A stretch of 64,000 bases of DNA from Macrostomum hystrix (taxonomy: Eukaryota > Animalia > Platyhelminthes): contig CATNEN010000024.1 of the NCBI GenBank assembly GCA_950097015.1, positions 2,046,001 through 2,110,000 on the forward strand. Reading direction: 5' to 3'. A program made the position numbers and the translations under genes. The notes under the pieces are model-generated. The model searched no databases. It had not been told where the DNA came from and saw nothing but the letters and a program-made list of their open reading frames with translations. Shown one piece after another: positions 1 through 12,700 of this stretch. The stretch's first letter is position 1. Each line of letters begins with the position of its first letter.

Positions 1-524
1 CTACCTCACCATCTAACACCCACCTGATCATCTAGCACCTACCTGATCATCTAGCCTCCACCTCATTATCTAGTATCCACATATGCTTAGCTGAAAATCA
101 TCATCTAGCATCCACCTCACTATCTAGCATCCACCTCATCATCTAGCATCCACCTCATCATCTAGCATCTACCTCGCCATCTAGCATCCACCTCACCATC
201 TAGCATCCACCTCACCATCTAGCATCCACCTCATCATCTAGCATCCACCTCATCATCTAGCATCTACCTCACCATCTAGCATCCACCTCACCATCTAACA
301 TCCACCTCACCATCTAGCATCCACCTCACCATCTAGCATCCACCTCATCATCTAGCATCCACCTCATCATCTAGCATCCACCTCACCATCTAGCATCCAC
401 TTCACCATCTAGCATCCACCTCACCATCTAGCATCCACCTCACCATCTAGCATCCACCTCATCATCTAGCATCCACCTCACCATCTAGCATCCACTTCAC
501 CATCTAGCATCCACCTCACCATCT
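1..524. repeat. 19-bp tandem repeat (CATCCACCTCACCATCTAG)n
   Basis: Directly visible array, more degenerate at the left, running off the window edge. Confidence 0.95.
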
Positions 525-879
525 TTTTGAGTCAAAGTAAGAAGTAGTTAAAGAAGTTCTGTGTAGCGATTTGTCATAAAAAGAAACAAAAATTGCCGAT
601 ATCTATCTATTAGTAAATTATGACTGGACAATGACAATCGTCATTCAAATAAATGACAGCTATTTAGCCTGTGAATTTTTCTGAAAGCTGCGAAAAAAAT
701 TTCAATTTAACGATGGCAACACTGTGGCTGACTCATAAGTTTCTGTTGCACAACTTTTAATGTACACACTTTACCACCTTAAAAATGATTGAGTACACAT
801 TTTCAGCCTTTGCGCTCTTGTCAATTTTTCCCAATCACTCTCCAAAGTCAATACTTCTTACCAAAGTGTACTTGCTCCA

Positions 880-1835
880 ATGGAGCTGACAAACTGCAAC
901 TTTTGTGCCATGATAGTTTACAAACAGCATCAAGGTCTCACACAAGAGCAATGCGTTGAAAGTTTACATACTGCCTTTGGAGACCAAGCCCCTTCATGTG
1001 CCACCATTTTTCTGAGGTACAGTGAATGCAAGTGGGGCCGGAGCAGCCTTGATTACGAGCATTGGTCGGGACGTCCAGCTTCCACTGTCATGGACAAAAA
1101 GATTGCTGCTGTCCGGAGAATCATTGACAAAGCCTGGCGAGTGACCTGTGCCAAGATCAGAGAGGTTCTTGGCATTAGATTGGCAGCAGTTACAACCATC
1201 CTACACAACAAACTGGGAGCCTCCAAGCGATGTGCCAGATGGGTGCCCCGCAACCTGACAGAGGACCAGAAAGCGGAGAGGGTGCAATTGAGCAAATTCA
1301 TGCTTGAAATATTCATCGGGAAGCAGATGGTGGCAACTTTCTTCAGCCAGGCTGGCCACCTGGCGACTGTAGCACTCCAAGACAGGCGTACAGTCAATGC
1401 CAACTGGTATATCAACCAGTGCCTGCCGCAGGTGTTTGATGCATGGCACAGACGCCAGCCATGCACTGGACTTTGTGGCCTGTTGCTGCACCACGACAAT
1501 GCCAGTGCACACACAGCTGCTGCAACATTGGCATTTCTGGCCGAAAATGGCCAAGAATGCTGAGATGCTCTGTTTGCCGAGGCCAAGAATCCGTCCAGCT
1601 GATGATGCATCCTGCATATTCGTCCTGACCTGGCACCCTGCAAATTCTTTCTCTTCCCTTTGGTGAGGAACCAACAGCATGGGACTCGGTTTAAGAGCCA
1701 TGAAGCAACAAGAATCGAGTTCAAGTGGGTTTCAGTAATGCCTGAAGAACAGTAGGCTGGAGCCTAGACACAGGGTGGTTTCACAGAATGAGGAAATGTG
1801 TACAAGCTGGTGGCAACTACTTTGAAAAATTGTGA
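880..1835 (+). pseudogene. Decayed mariner-family (IS630-Tc1-mariner) transposase
   Basis: ORF 880-1563 has an N-terminal HTH region with SGRP, then WVPRNLT (mariner WVPHEL-like) and HHDNASAH. After a stop and frameshift it continues HPAYS/PDLAPCKFFLFP (YSPDLAP motif) and ends KCVQAGGNYFEKL* (TGA 1833-1835). The segment carrying the first catalytic Asp is deleted. No clear TIRs found. Confidence 0.9.
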
Positions 1836-4800
1836 CAGAAAATTTGCCTCAGACACTTAAATAATGATTTTTTCATCTTGGGGGGAAGCCTCTGATGTCA
1901 TTGACACAGGCGATAAAGAAGATGCCATGATATCCTGATATTGCTGGGATTGACATTTCCAAAAGTCAAACTAAATTTTTTGCACACAACCTGGACTTAA
2001 TCCTGGAATCTAAGTTTCCAGTGATGCTGAGCAGTCCACTTATTTTCTTGGTCTCTATCTACCCATCTCTTTGTTTGAAGACTTAGCTAAATGGACAAAC
2101 CAAAGAGCCTAGGTGGTAATCCATGCAATGCCTGCTGATGACCTAAATGTGAGTTAAGCTGTATATCCCAACAAAACATGCCAAAGAGGGCATCAAGCTG
2201 TACTGAGCCTGTGAAGCCGAGATAGGGGGTACCTTTACAACTTTGGCGTCCATTCCATCCCAGAGGAGAATTGCATGTGAGCATGCAAGAAGGATGTGAT
2301 GTGACCAATATGATGCAAGCAGAATTAATATGAGCAGGATGTGAGCATAATTAACAACCTTCAGTTAGACTTTAAAGATTGCAGCTTGATGTAGTTAGGC
2401 AATCCATCAATTTAAATTTCTATTACAAATGATACTTCTTCTGATGAAACTGGTTGTTTTTGCCCCATTTGTAGGATTTCAGTTTTAATTGCTTTTTGTT
2501 TATTTATTAGGCACTTGCTAATTAAGCATTTCATAACATTATAACCTAAATTAGTATATCTACATTGAACTCTACAAATAAATTCAACTGTTTCTAATAT
2601 GTTTCCACTTTCTGTTGGCATGGAAATTTTTTGTTAGTGAATAGCTTATACCATATTCAAGCTGTCTATGAAATATAAAATAATAGTGGGAATGGAGTAT
2701 AAATATTTGCTTGGCTAAGCCCTGCTTACTATAAAATCCACTGCCAACCACAACAGAATAATAATACATTGCCTAAGACACAGATTTGCTTGCTTTGGGT
2801 CAGACTAGAATTTGGATGTCCAAATGTTAAGCAGTGTATACCATTAGACCTTTAGAGGTTAATCAAAGGAAGGCTGAAACTGGGAAAAAGTTAACCTATA
2901 TTTGAAAGACTAAAAGTTAATTTTAATGAAGAGATTGAGTACATACCCTAACCCGATTGGAATAAGTCTTCATTTTGTATCCTATTTCTGAAATGCTAAA
3001 GAAAATTAGGTGCATAGGCACTGGCAGTGTATTATGAACAGTTGGGGTTTGTGTATTGTTTGTTAATGTTGCTAGTTACCATTTAAATTTCTGCACAAGC
3101 TATCAGATATATACAAATAAGTGAGCTTTTAGCATATAAAAGGTGTGCTAAAATTCCTTATATTTAGGTATTGAAATTAAATAAACTGTGTATAACACAG
3201 GTCACAGAGTAAAGTTTTAAACTATTTTAAAAAGCAAAAAGTTATATCTATAAAACCACCATATTTTTCGGTTTCTTAGGCCAGGCTCTTGTTCATAAGA
3301 ACAAATAGTGAAATAAAATGTGCCTATTTTTGTTGAATGCTCTAGTGATGTCCCTAAACAGATTTTTTTAAACAAATTGGCAATTAAAATGTTCTGAAAT
3401 TGATTTTTTTACAAAGCAAAACAAGACTAAGTTATGTTATGCTTATTCTTGTTAAATGCTTTAACAAGACTAAGTTATAATACAAGTGACAGTGACAAGT
3501 GGCATGCATTTGCTTTAGGCAGAGCAGAGGTGCATAGCATGCATCAGTGTACAGTTTAAGGGTTGGTTTGCACCTTGGCATGCAAATCTGCATTTTAAAA
3601 GAGATCATTTTTATCCAATTCTACAATAGCTAATTGCACTACATGTAGCTATGTGTATTAACAAATACAAATGTATTGTTGCTTTGAATGTGAGTAAAAA
3701 CTGTTTTAAGTTTTAGAAAATTCTTTTTTTAACAATGCTATTAGGAAGTCTACTTTACAAATCTTAGTAGGCCTAGTAGGCCTAGCTAATTGATATTCAA
3801 GCCACACCTTCTGCAAGCAGTTTGCTATAAAACATATTGTTAGGCCTATTGAGTTTTGATTATATATTGGCTATAGACCTAGTATATGGAATACAGTAGG
3901 CTTAGGCCTAATCTTGCCTTGCTTTTGCAAGAAGTTAAGCAACAGCTGAAACTACTAAAACCTGAAATGAAAGGCCAATATAAGATAGGCCTAGTCAATT
4001 GTCCTATAGCAGTACTACATAATATGTAGTATATTTATATATCATTGTTAATAATGTACCTGTAGGTCTAATTCTCCATTCTGAATATAATTATGAGCAT
4101 ATTAAGAATGTATATGAATGCCTTGCTATGAATATGATAGGAGGGTACAGTTCAGGCATGAATAAATTTTGAACTGTATGACGTATCGACTCCAAATTTG
4201 ATAATTGATAACTCGCTTGCTTTTCAAAGGCTGTAAATTTTCAAGCGATTTAGTTGTACAAAATGGCTTTTTATATTTCGAATATAATCTGAATAAGTAC
4301 CGGTAACCATCAATCCTCGTCTTACAGAGCCTACAAAGATTCGTCTGTGTCAATTTCTAAGAAATTAAGACAACCCGTTTCGTTAAATGTGATAAAAACA
4401 TGCCGATGACTTCAAATTGCATTTATTGCAGTGAATTATTCCTCTTAGCTGAAAAAACCGAAGCATTTACCAGACTGGATTTATTTTCAACTTTTTTTTC
4501 GAGTTGTTTAACTTCTCGACGATAAGTACGTGAACCATATGTATGTGAATTTAATAGCGGAAAAGTTACAATTAGCGTTGAACTAACCCTTGATGGTCTA
4601 AAACTTTGCCAGTAAACTTACAGTGTGGCAATTAAAACCTAAACTGAAAACACATTCGAATGGATTTAAATTGTAGATTATATCTTACGACTTAGTCCAG
4701 TCCACAATTTTCTTACTACATATACCGTTAATTATGTACATAAAAATGAAAAAAACTAAAAACGCAAAGCAAACTTTCTCTATGATGCAGGTATTTCTTT

Positions 4801-6786
4801 AGTTAAAATGTGATATTGTGTATTTTACACTGTAGAACATCGAAAAACTATAGTGCGGGAAGGGGGTAATGATCGAGGTCTAAAGGGGATAACTGCAATA
4901 AATGGTGGCCTATAAAAATCTAAGTCTATAACAAGTCCGGAGTGTAGCGAGTAACTGCTCAAACTAATCGCACTGCATACCCCGTCCTGAGCCAGATACT
5001 GCGCTACACTGTCAGCATATACGAGCGTATGCAACAGTCAAATGATGGATCGAGCAATGCAACAAAATTATTTAGTTATGGGACGTCCATCATATACTAT
5101 CGATATCATAACGCATATAGCTACTATCCAAATTTTTGTACAGTGTACATTAGAAAATAGGGTAGATAGGCAACAATTGAAAATAGGGGTAGTTATAATT
5201 TTCAATGAAAAAAGAACAAGCTAAAGAAACACAAAATAAATTTATTCTAGCGATATGCGTTTTGAAAGAAAAAATTGCGTACAGAGTATCAAAACAACAG
5301 GTTGTCCCATGGGGTCAGTAAAAAGTTAAAACTATAACACTCGCTCTAGCCAATTTTCGCTAAAAAAGTTTGTCAAACCACATGCAGGGACAACCCGTTA
5401 TGAATTTGCAAAATAAAAACAAAATATCGGGACTGAAAACAGTGTTTGGTAGACAAAGTGACGAGTTGGGACGCGCCATAACGGACTTTCTCTGCAATGG
5501 CCGATCGTTTAAAAAGGCTGTAAAAATGCCAAGTTTGTTGGCTACAAAAAATCAGTGACGGCAGACTAGCCGTCACTGCAGATACTGAAACAGATGTAAG
5601 GGAGGGCCATCCTACGATCAAACAACGCTACAATGCTAACGAAAAATATCAACTAATAAATGAAACTGCGATAAAAAGAAATAACTACTTCTTTCTTTCT
5701 TTCTTTCTTTCTTCACCCGGAATAAACAAAAATAGTTTCCTGACAGTTCTCCTAATTAAATATGGCGCCATTTTGTGATGACAATATGTGAAGTTGGTAA
5801 AAAACACCAAAAAAACAAAGTAACGAAGTAACAAAAAGCTGGAGGAAAAACCGCATACAAATTTGGAACAGAACCAGTGTATAGATGACAGTTGAAAATC
5901 CAACCGTAACTCTCCTTCTCACCTGATCTACAGCTCACTGATTGATTTGGTAGATAGGCAACAATTGCAAGTTTACATGACCAGTTTGTGTTAAAATCCA
6001 ATACTTTATGAGAGCCTTAGAAACCAAATGAGAAGGAGATATTGGGCACAACTCACAAACAGTCCGCAGGCATGTATTTTTGCATAGCGTAATGCATCGT
6101 TATAAGCAGTGTAACTAACTTTCAGTGAAGATAATATTCTTCATTTGATGCATAAAATCATAAAACAGTGCATCGTGTTTTCCAAGCCAATTGATCCGAT
6201 CAATAATTGTAATAGTTTAAGAACACCCCTAAATCATGAAGATCTCAAAGTTGTTCAAATTAACGAGTTAGTAAAAAGGTACAAGTAGCTCAAATAAGTT
6301 TTTTACAGACCAGAAAATCCTTAATAACTTTCCTCATTCTCATCAACTGGTTGAGCCCGATTAGTTCAAACTAGTAAAATCACACACACACACACAAGCA
6401 AGCGGAATTAGCAGATAAAGCAATGTTTGGAAGATGCTGCTTTAGTAACAGCTTCTATATATACATAAATATCTCACATTTAGTCGGCTCTAAAGTTGTT
6501 GCGGACTGCATCATGATTGGTGGAAAGTTGAAAAATACGTTGCATCAATGTATTATAGGTCATTGTGGGGTTGCGGTAGAAAACACAGACAGAGAGAGGG
6601 AGGACCATTTTGGGACCGTCAGTGTACCAATATTCGTTATGAAATAATTTCTCTCTCTGTCTGTCTCTCCTTTTCATTAATGGTTTTTAGTTATAAGAAA
6701 AAAGTTTTTTCTCATGCTTGTGTCCTTTCAAATCAGCAGATAGTTAATGTTCCGAAGCTTTCATCTCACACGCTGCTGTGCTGTGC

Positions 6787-9700
6787 TCACTGAGATATCG
6801 TGACCACCTCGCGGCCGGAGCCTCGTACTAGCAGCACCCGTTCCAGGCCCTCCGTCAGCGCCTCCAGGTACTCCATGTAGTGATAATCGCGCGTCGGATC
6901 TGGCACTGCGTTGGGGCCCGGCATGTTCAGCACTAACAGCGAGGCACCAGCTGATTTCTTCTTGATAATCTCGTTCAGCTGCACTGCGCTGTGCATGCGG
7001 CGCAGCATCAGTGTGTCCCTGCAGAGGCGGGAGAAAAGGACAGAGAGTAACTGAAGGACCAGGGAGACTGCAGAGAGTAACTGAATGACCAGGGGAGACT
7101 GCAGAGAGTAACTGAAGGACCAGGGAGACTGCAGAGAGTAACTGAAGGACCAGGGCAGACTGCAGAGAGTAACTGAAGGACCAGGGAGACTGCAGAGAGT
7201 AACTGAATGACCAGGGGAGACTGCAGAGAGTAACTGAAGGACCAGGGAGACTGCAGAGAGTAACTGAAGGACCAGGGAGACTGCAGAGAGTAACTGAATG
7301 ACCAGGGGAGACTGCAGAGAGTAACTGAAGGACCAGGGAGACTGCAGAGAGTAACTGAAGGACCAGGGCAGACTGCAGAGAGTAACTGAAGGACCAGGGC
7401 AGACTGCAGAGAGTAACTGAAGGACCAGGGCAGACTGCAGAGAGTAACTGAAGGACCAGTGAAAAGGACAGAGCGTGATTGAAGGACCAGTGAAAATGAC
7501 AGGGAGTAATTGAAGGACCAGTGAAAAGGACAGGGAGTAATTGAAGGACCAGTGAAAAGGACAGGGAGTAATTGAAGGACCAGTGAAAAGGACAGGGAGT
7601 AATTGAAGGAACAGTGAAAGAAACAGGGAGTAATTGAAGGACCAGTGAAAAGGACAGGGAGTAATTGAAGGACCAGTGAAAGGGACAGGGAGTAATTGAA
7701 GGACCAGTGAAAAGGACAGGGAGTAATTGAAGGACCAGTGAAAAGGACAGGGAGTAATTGAAGGACCAGTGAAAAGGATAGGGAGTAATTGAAGGACCAG
7801 TGAAAGGGACAGGGAGTAATTGAAGGACCAGTGAAAGGGACAGGGAGTAATTGAAGGACCAGTGAAAAGGACAGGGAGTAATTGAAGGACCAGTGAAAAG
7901 GACAGGGAGTAATTGAGGGACCAGTGAAAGGGACAGGGAGTAATTGAAGGACCAGTGAAAGGGACAGGGAGTAATTGAAGGACCAGTGAAAAGGACAGGG
8001 AGTAATTGAAGCACCAGTGAAAAGGACAGGGAGTAATTGAAGGAACAGTGAAAGAAACAGGGAGTAATTGAGGGACCAGTGAAAAGGACAGGGAGTAATT
8101 GAGGGACCAGTGAAAAGGACAGGGAGTAATTGAAGGACCAGTGAAAAGGACAGGGAGTAATTGAAGGACCAGTGAAAAGGACAGGGAGTAATTGAAGGAC
8201 CAGTGAAAAGGACAGGGAGTAATTGAAGGACCAGTGAAAAGGACAGGGAGTAATTGAAGGACCAGTGAAAAGGACAGGGAGTAATTGAAGGACCAGTGAA
8301 AAATAGGCCTTTCTAAAGCTCAAGAACTTGATTGACATTGATCGATTGTCAGAGTATGCAAAGCTATTTGAACTGAAAACCATGCTAAACCTAATCCCTG
8401 ACAAATAATTGACCTAAAATGTATCCTTACCATGCATGAGAAGCTGAGACAAATGGCAACTCGGTTAGATAAAGTCAAACTCTGTGAATTTATGAGTCTA
8501 GAGTCGGATTAGACTGTTCATGGTGGTATTGATGTCAAAATGCTTAATAATGAAGGCTTGCGATTCCCGTGATTAACTGTGAGCGACCAGTTTCATTTGC
8601 CAAAACTTCCTACTTATACGAGTAGTAGTAAGCATTTTTTTTGCTAAAAAATCTATCGAAAACTTTTTAATCCACAGAAATAACTTTGACTAACCAGTGA
8701 TTGCCAGTTTTGCAATATTTATAACCAATTATTTAGCTCGTATAACCAGACTGGCACACAGGTGCAGAATACTAAATCTGTCATTCAGTGATGCGTGTGT
8801 ACTCGTACAGGTAGATTCACACAGGGGGGAAATAAGCTTTGTCCAGTCTATGTCTTTTAAGGCTCCTCAACTGTTAGCTTTGTTCAAGATTGTGTGTGTT
8901 GTTAGCTCAATCAAACTGACTGAACTAAATTTGGTAATGCGATCCTCCAATAGGAGATAATATTCATACGCCATGTCTGTTTAGGAAAAGGAAAAGAGAA
9001 ATTAGTGGGAATACAGTGGGTGTTCATCATGGGTAGAAGATAGAATGTACGCCCTAAACAGTTGGGCCACGTGTAAAGCCAGTGGCACAGCCACAGCTAT
9101 GGCTCGGTGATTCCAAAGGCTGTGTGGCTCAAACAGATGTTCAGCCCATAATAATAGACCCGCAGCCAGCGAGGAGGCAATTCTGCCCATATCGCCCCTT
9201 GCCCCTTGCAATGTACCTGACCTATTTCGGCATCCTCTATTCTGATCGCCCTAGAATCGAGAAGCAAAGAAGGCCTCAAGGCCCTTTGCGGCGAAAGACG
9301 ACAGCTCCTTCGACACTAGGCAGGAGCTGCAGCGGCACTGCCCGCTGCACGCACAGGTCTTTAGCTTTTGCCGGCTAAACTGGTCCGGTCTCAAGCCGGA
9401 CTTGACGTCTCTTCACCTCGCATGAACCCCCCGTCCACCCAGCCCGCCCCAGCTGTCACGTGGGCATCTACTGCGCAGCTCAGAGGGGGAGAAGCCAAGG
9501 AGGGGGGTTAGGGGAGGGGATTATGGTGGGGTATGGGATCTGGACGTGTCGGCTGGCTTGTGCGCTCGGCGTCTATGTGAGGCAGCCACCCGTCCCCCTG
9601 ATCGACACCGAGTTCACTGTCGCGTGTCCTAAGGCTTGTCCAGCATCTCACATGCTCTCACGCCCATGCGCTTCACAGCGATTCGCCTCACATAAAGGCT

Positions 9701-12700
9701 TTAGGCAAAACACCCGCCTAAAATAATCCTTAGGCGGGTTATATGCATTTTTGTTGGATTTTAACTAATCTGCTCGAAATTAATTTGCCTGGGTGTATGA
9801 TTGCCTGGTTACAAATTCCTACTTGCAGCTCATATACTCATATACTTTTTACTATTCGTAAACAATCACAAAAATCTGAATACTAACCGTTCTAAAGTTA
9901 TTCTTTTCCTAAAAAACTATGATTTTTAAAACAATGAGAAAAATGTTAGCTTCATTTGGCGACAGGACTGATCAGATGGTCACACCTGTGCGAGTTCTCA
10001 GCAATCTAATCACCAGGGTCCTCTTCATCGCCGTCTGGAGCACCGGCGGCTTTGAGACCTGCCGATCGGGTGCTTCTGTCGAAGGTCCCGACGGTCGCCG
10101 CCGAAGCTCCAAACGATGATGAAGGGGGCCCTGGTGACTGGGATGCTGAGACCAATGGTCCCTGCGACTGATTGGCATTGTGGCATTGTGACATCGAGTT
10201 TGTAGAGCCGACATGGTTACATGATAAAATAAAAAAACAAATGTTATTGGTGGTTTTTGCCACTTGACACCGACGAGAGTCATTGAATATCTAGACGATG
10301 CCGAGGTTTTGTGATTCTGGAAGCTGTTTCACCGGATAGAGAGGAAACTTTTAGCTCGTGTTCTCGACTTTTATGTCGATTGGTTGAATATTTTTAAGAG
10401 ATAGAAAAAAAGAAAAATTTTGGTATTTGTAAGAGCCCCGTGGTCTCTCTACTGTTGATGAATTGAGTCAGTGAAACTCACAAGCTCGGGTCCGGCCGGC
10501 CAGCCTGGGCGCTGAAGGTGTACTGATTCTGCATTTCGGTGCTCAGGTCGCCATTAGTCTGTCCGGGAGCTGCACTGCCGGCGCCGCCGCCAGCGGCAGC
10601 CTCGGCTGCGGCCTCCGTGTCGCGCAGGTTGTCAACAAACACCTGAGGATCTGGCATGCCCTGCGACTTGGCCTGGGCTAGCACTTCGCACCTGTTCTTC
10701 ATGCTCAGGGTGCGATTGGCGGTGTAGGCGCTGACGATCGACGTCTGCAGCTCCACCACCTCGACGTCGGCGTCCATGCGCAGCTGGCTGATGTAGGAGC
10801 GCATGAAGGTGCGCATCTCCACGGAGTTGTCGCTAGTCTGGGCCACGGTGAACACGCGCAAGCGGCACTTGCTCCAGAACTTGTTCCGCTTCAGCAGGTA
10901 GGCCAGCAATAGCAGCAGACCGCCGTCGTGTACAATCCACCACAGATCGATGGTGCCGCTCTGCTTCTGCTCCGGATATTTGATCGGGAAATTGTCGACA
11001 TTCTTGGGCACCAGGACGGCCTTGCCGCAGACGGCGCTAACGCGAATCACGGCCATGAACTTGTCGTAAGCCTCGGCGTGGTGACCTGAATTTGCATGTT
11101 GGATAAGACGATAGTTAAGACGATTTCAGTTCCCGGCTATACGAGTAGTTAATGTAGATTAGCACTTGTTGCATTTTGATTAGCATAAAAAATAATCCTT
11201 TCTAATCTCAGCACAATGGAAGCAATTTATGTCCTACAGCAATAAACTTAATTCCCAACTGCTTCAGTTCACCCAGCTGCTCGTAAAACGGGTACCAGCA
11301 TTAGCTGGGCTAGAAATTTGGGTAGTGAGGCGGCGTTAAAAGAACACTTTGGGATTTACTTGGAAATGCACGGGGCACTGTATGTACAGTTCCGGCTCCG
11401 GTTTGAGGATACAATTCTCGCTGCTGACTTGGCTAGACAGGCGAGTACAGTCACCAAAGTAATTTATGGAGGAAGTCCTTTGTTGCATTCCAGTATTTCA
11501 AATTTCAATTCAACAACATTTTGGGTTTAGCCTAGCTCATACCTAACCTACAATAGAACAATAAGAAGGATGGCAGACTGTTTCATGCAGCTTTTGTTAA
11601 TTCTCTCTCCCACTGTATAGTAAATTTCAGACGCAGAAGTTTTAGATACAGGCTTATTAGTCTAGTTGTCTAAAATCACATGGCATATGCTTCTCGAAAA
11701 GTACTTTTATGACCAATTTTCTTCCGATGCTCGGGTGACCTTGGTTACTTGCCTGTTTACTGTAGCAACTTAATTGCCAGATGCACTTGAGTACAAAATT
11801 TTGATGTGATTTTATGTCAGCATTTGGCTAGGGCCAACAGGGTGGGAAAAAAGCTATATGCAGGCCTCTTTAAAGCAAATCAATTCTGTCTGTCTGCGCT
11901 ATAATGAATTCTCATCATCAGAAAATTGCAATAAAACATCGAAATCGGATTAACGGAAGCAGCAATTGTCTTGAATCTTCAAAAAATCTACAAAATGATT
12001 TGATAAAAAATGGTACTAAGAGCGCTTTGACTGTTAGTCACGAATCAAGAAAAAATACAAATCGATTCATCGGCGCTATAATGCATAGTTTTGGCTATGA
12101 AATTGCTGTCTCAATATGAATACTACGAGCTCGTAGAAGTGTGCGCTTTACCAATAGTCTCTGCCTCGTCACCTGTAAGTGTTGAAAAGACATTTTTGCC
12201 GAACCCATCAATTCACGCTCAATTGTTTCATTCGCTAAAATACTGTATTCATTTTCAGAATCCACTTCCGCATTCTTCTCAATGATTCCTAGTCTGAGCA
12301 TTCTCCCACTAAATTTCGCACTCAATCACTCGAGCGAAGAGAGCAGAGTCCAGGGAGAGGGAGGAAACCTGACACAAATCCTGAATCCCATAGGCGTGGG
12401 ATCCCGCCACAGCTGTGCGTGCGAGAGGGGGCAGGAAGCTGAGTGTGGGTGGAGGGAAGGCGATGCTGTGATAGGAAATCGCATTTAGGAGACTCGTACG
12501 AAGAGAGAGAAGAAGATCTCAGACGGCTGGTGCGGACATCTCCATACAGATGGAAGAAAGGCTGGAGGGTGTGTCTGCTTATGGTAGAGCATCTGCTAGC
12601 ACTCAAGACGGTTTCTCCTTACCAAAAATATTCAGATCAAAATTGAATTTCAAGATCCTATTCTAGGGACCCTTGGGGACCCTTAGGAGAGAGGGGCTCT

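Noticed and set aside
540-1860. Mariner terminal inverted repeats
   Set aside because: Only partial similarity (AAGTTCTGT vs ACAGAAAATTT), not enough to call ends or a TA TSD
7019-8404. 547-aa minus-strand ORF and the other repeat-derived ORFs (27240, 28324, 31912, 42249, 55738 etc.)
   Set aside because: Read-through of minisatellites; only the true exon portions were kept
10060-10072. TGCCGATCGGGTG match to 7SL/SRP RNA
   Set aside because: Only 13 nt; no Alu domain or helix-8 motif nearby
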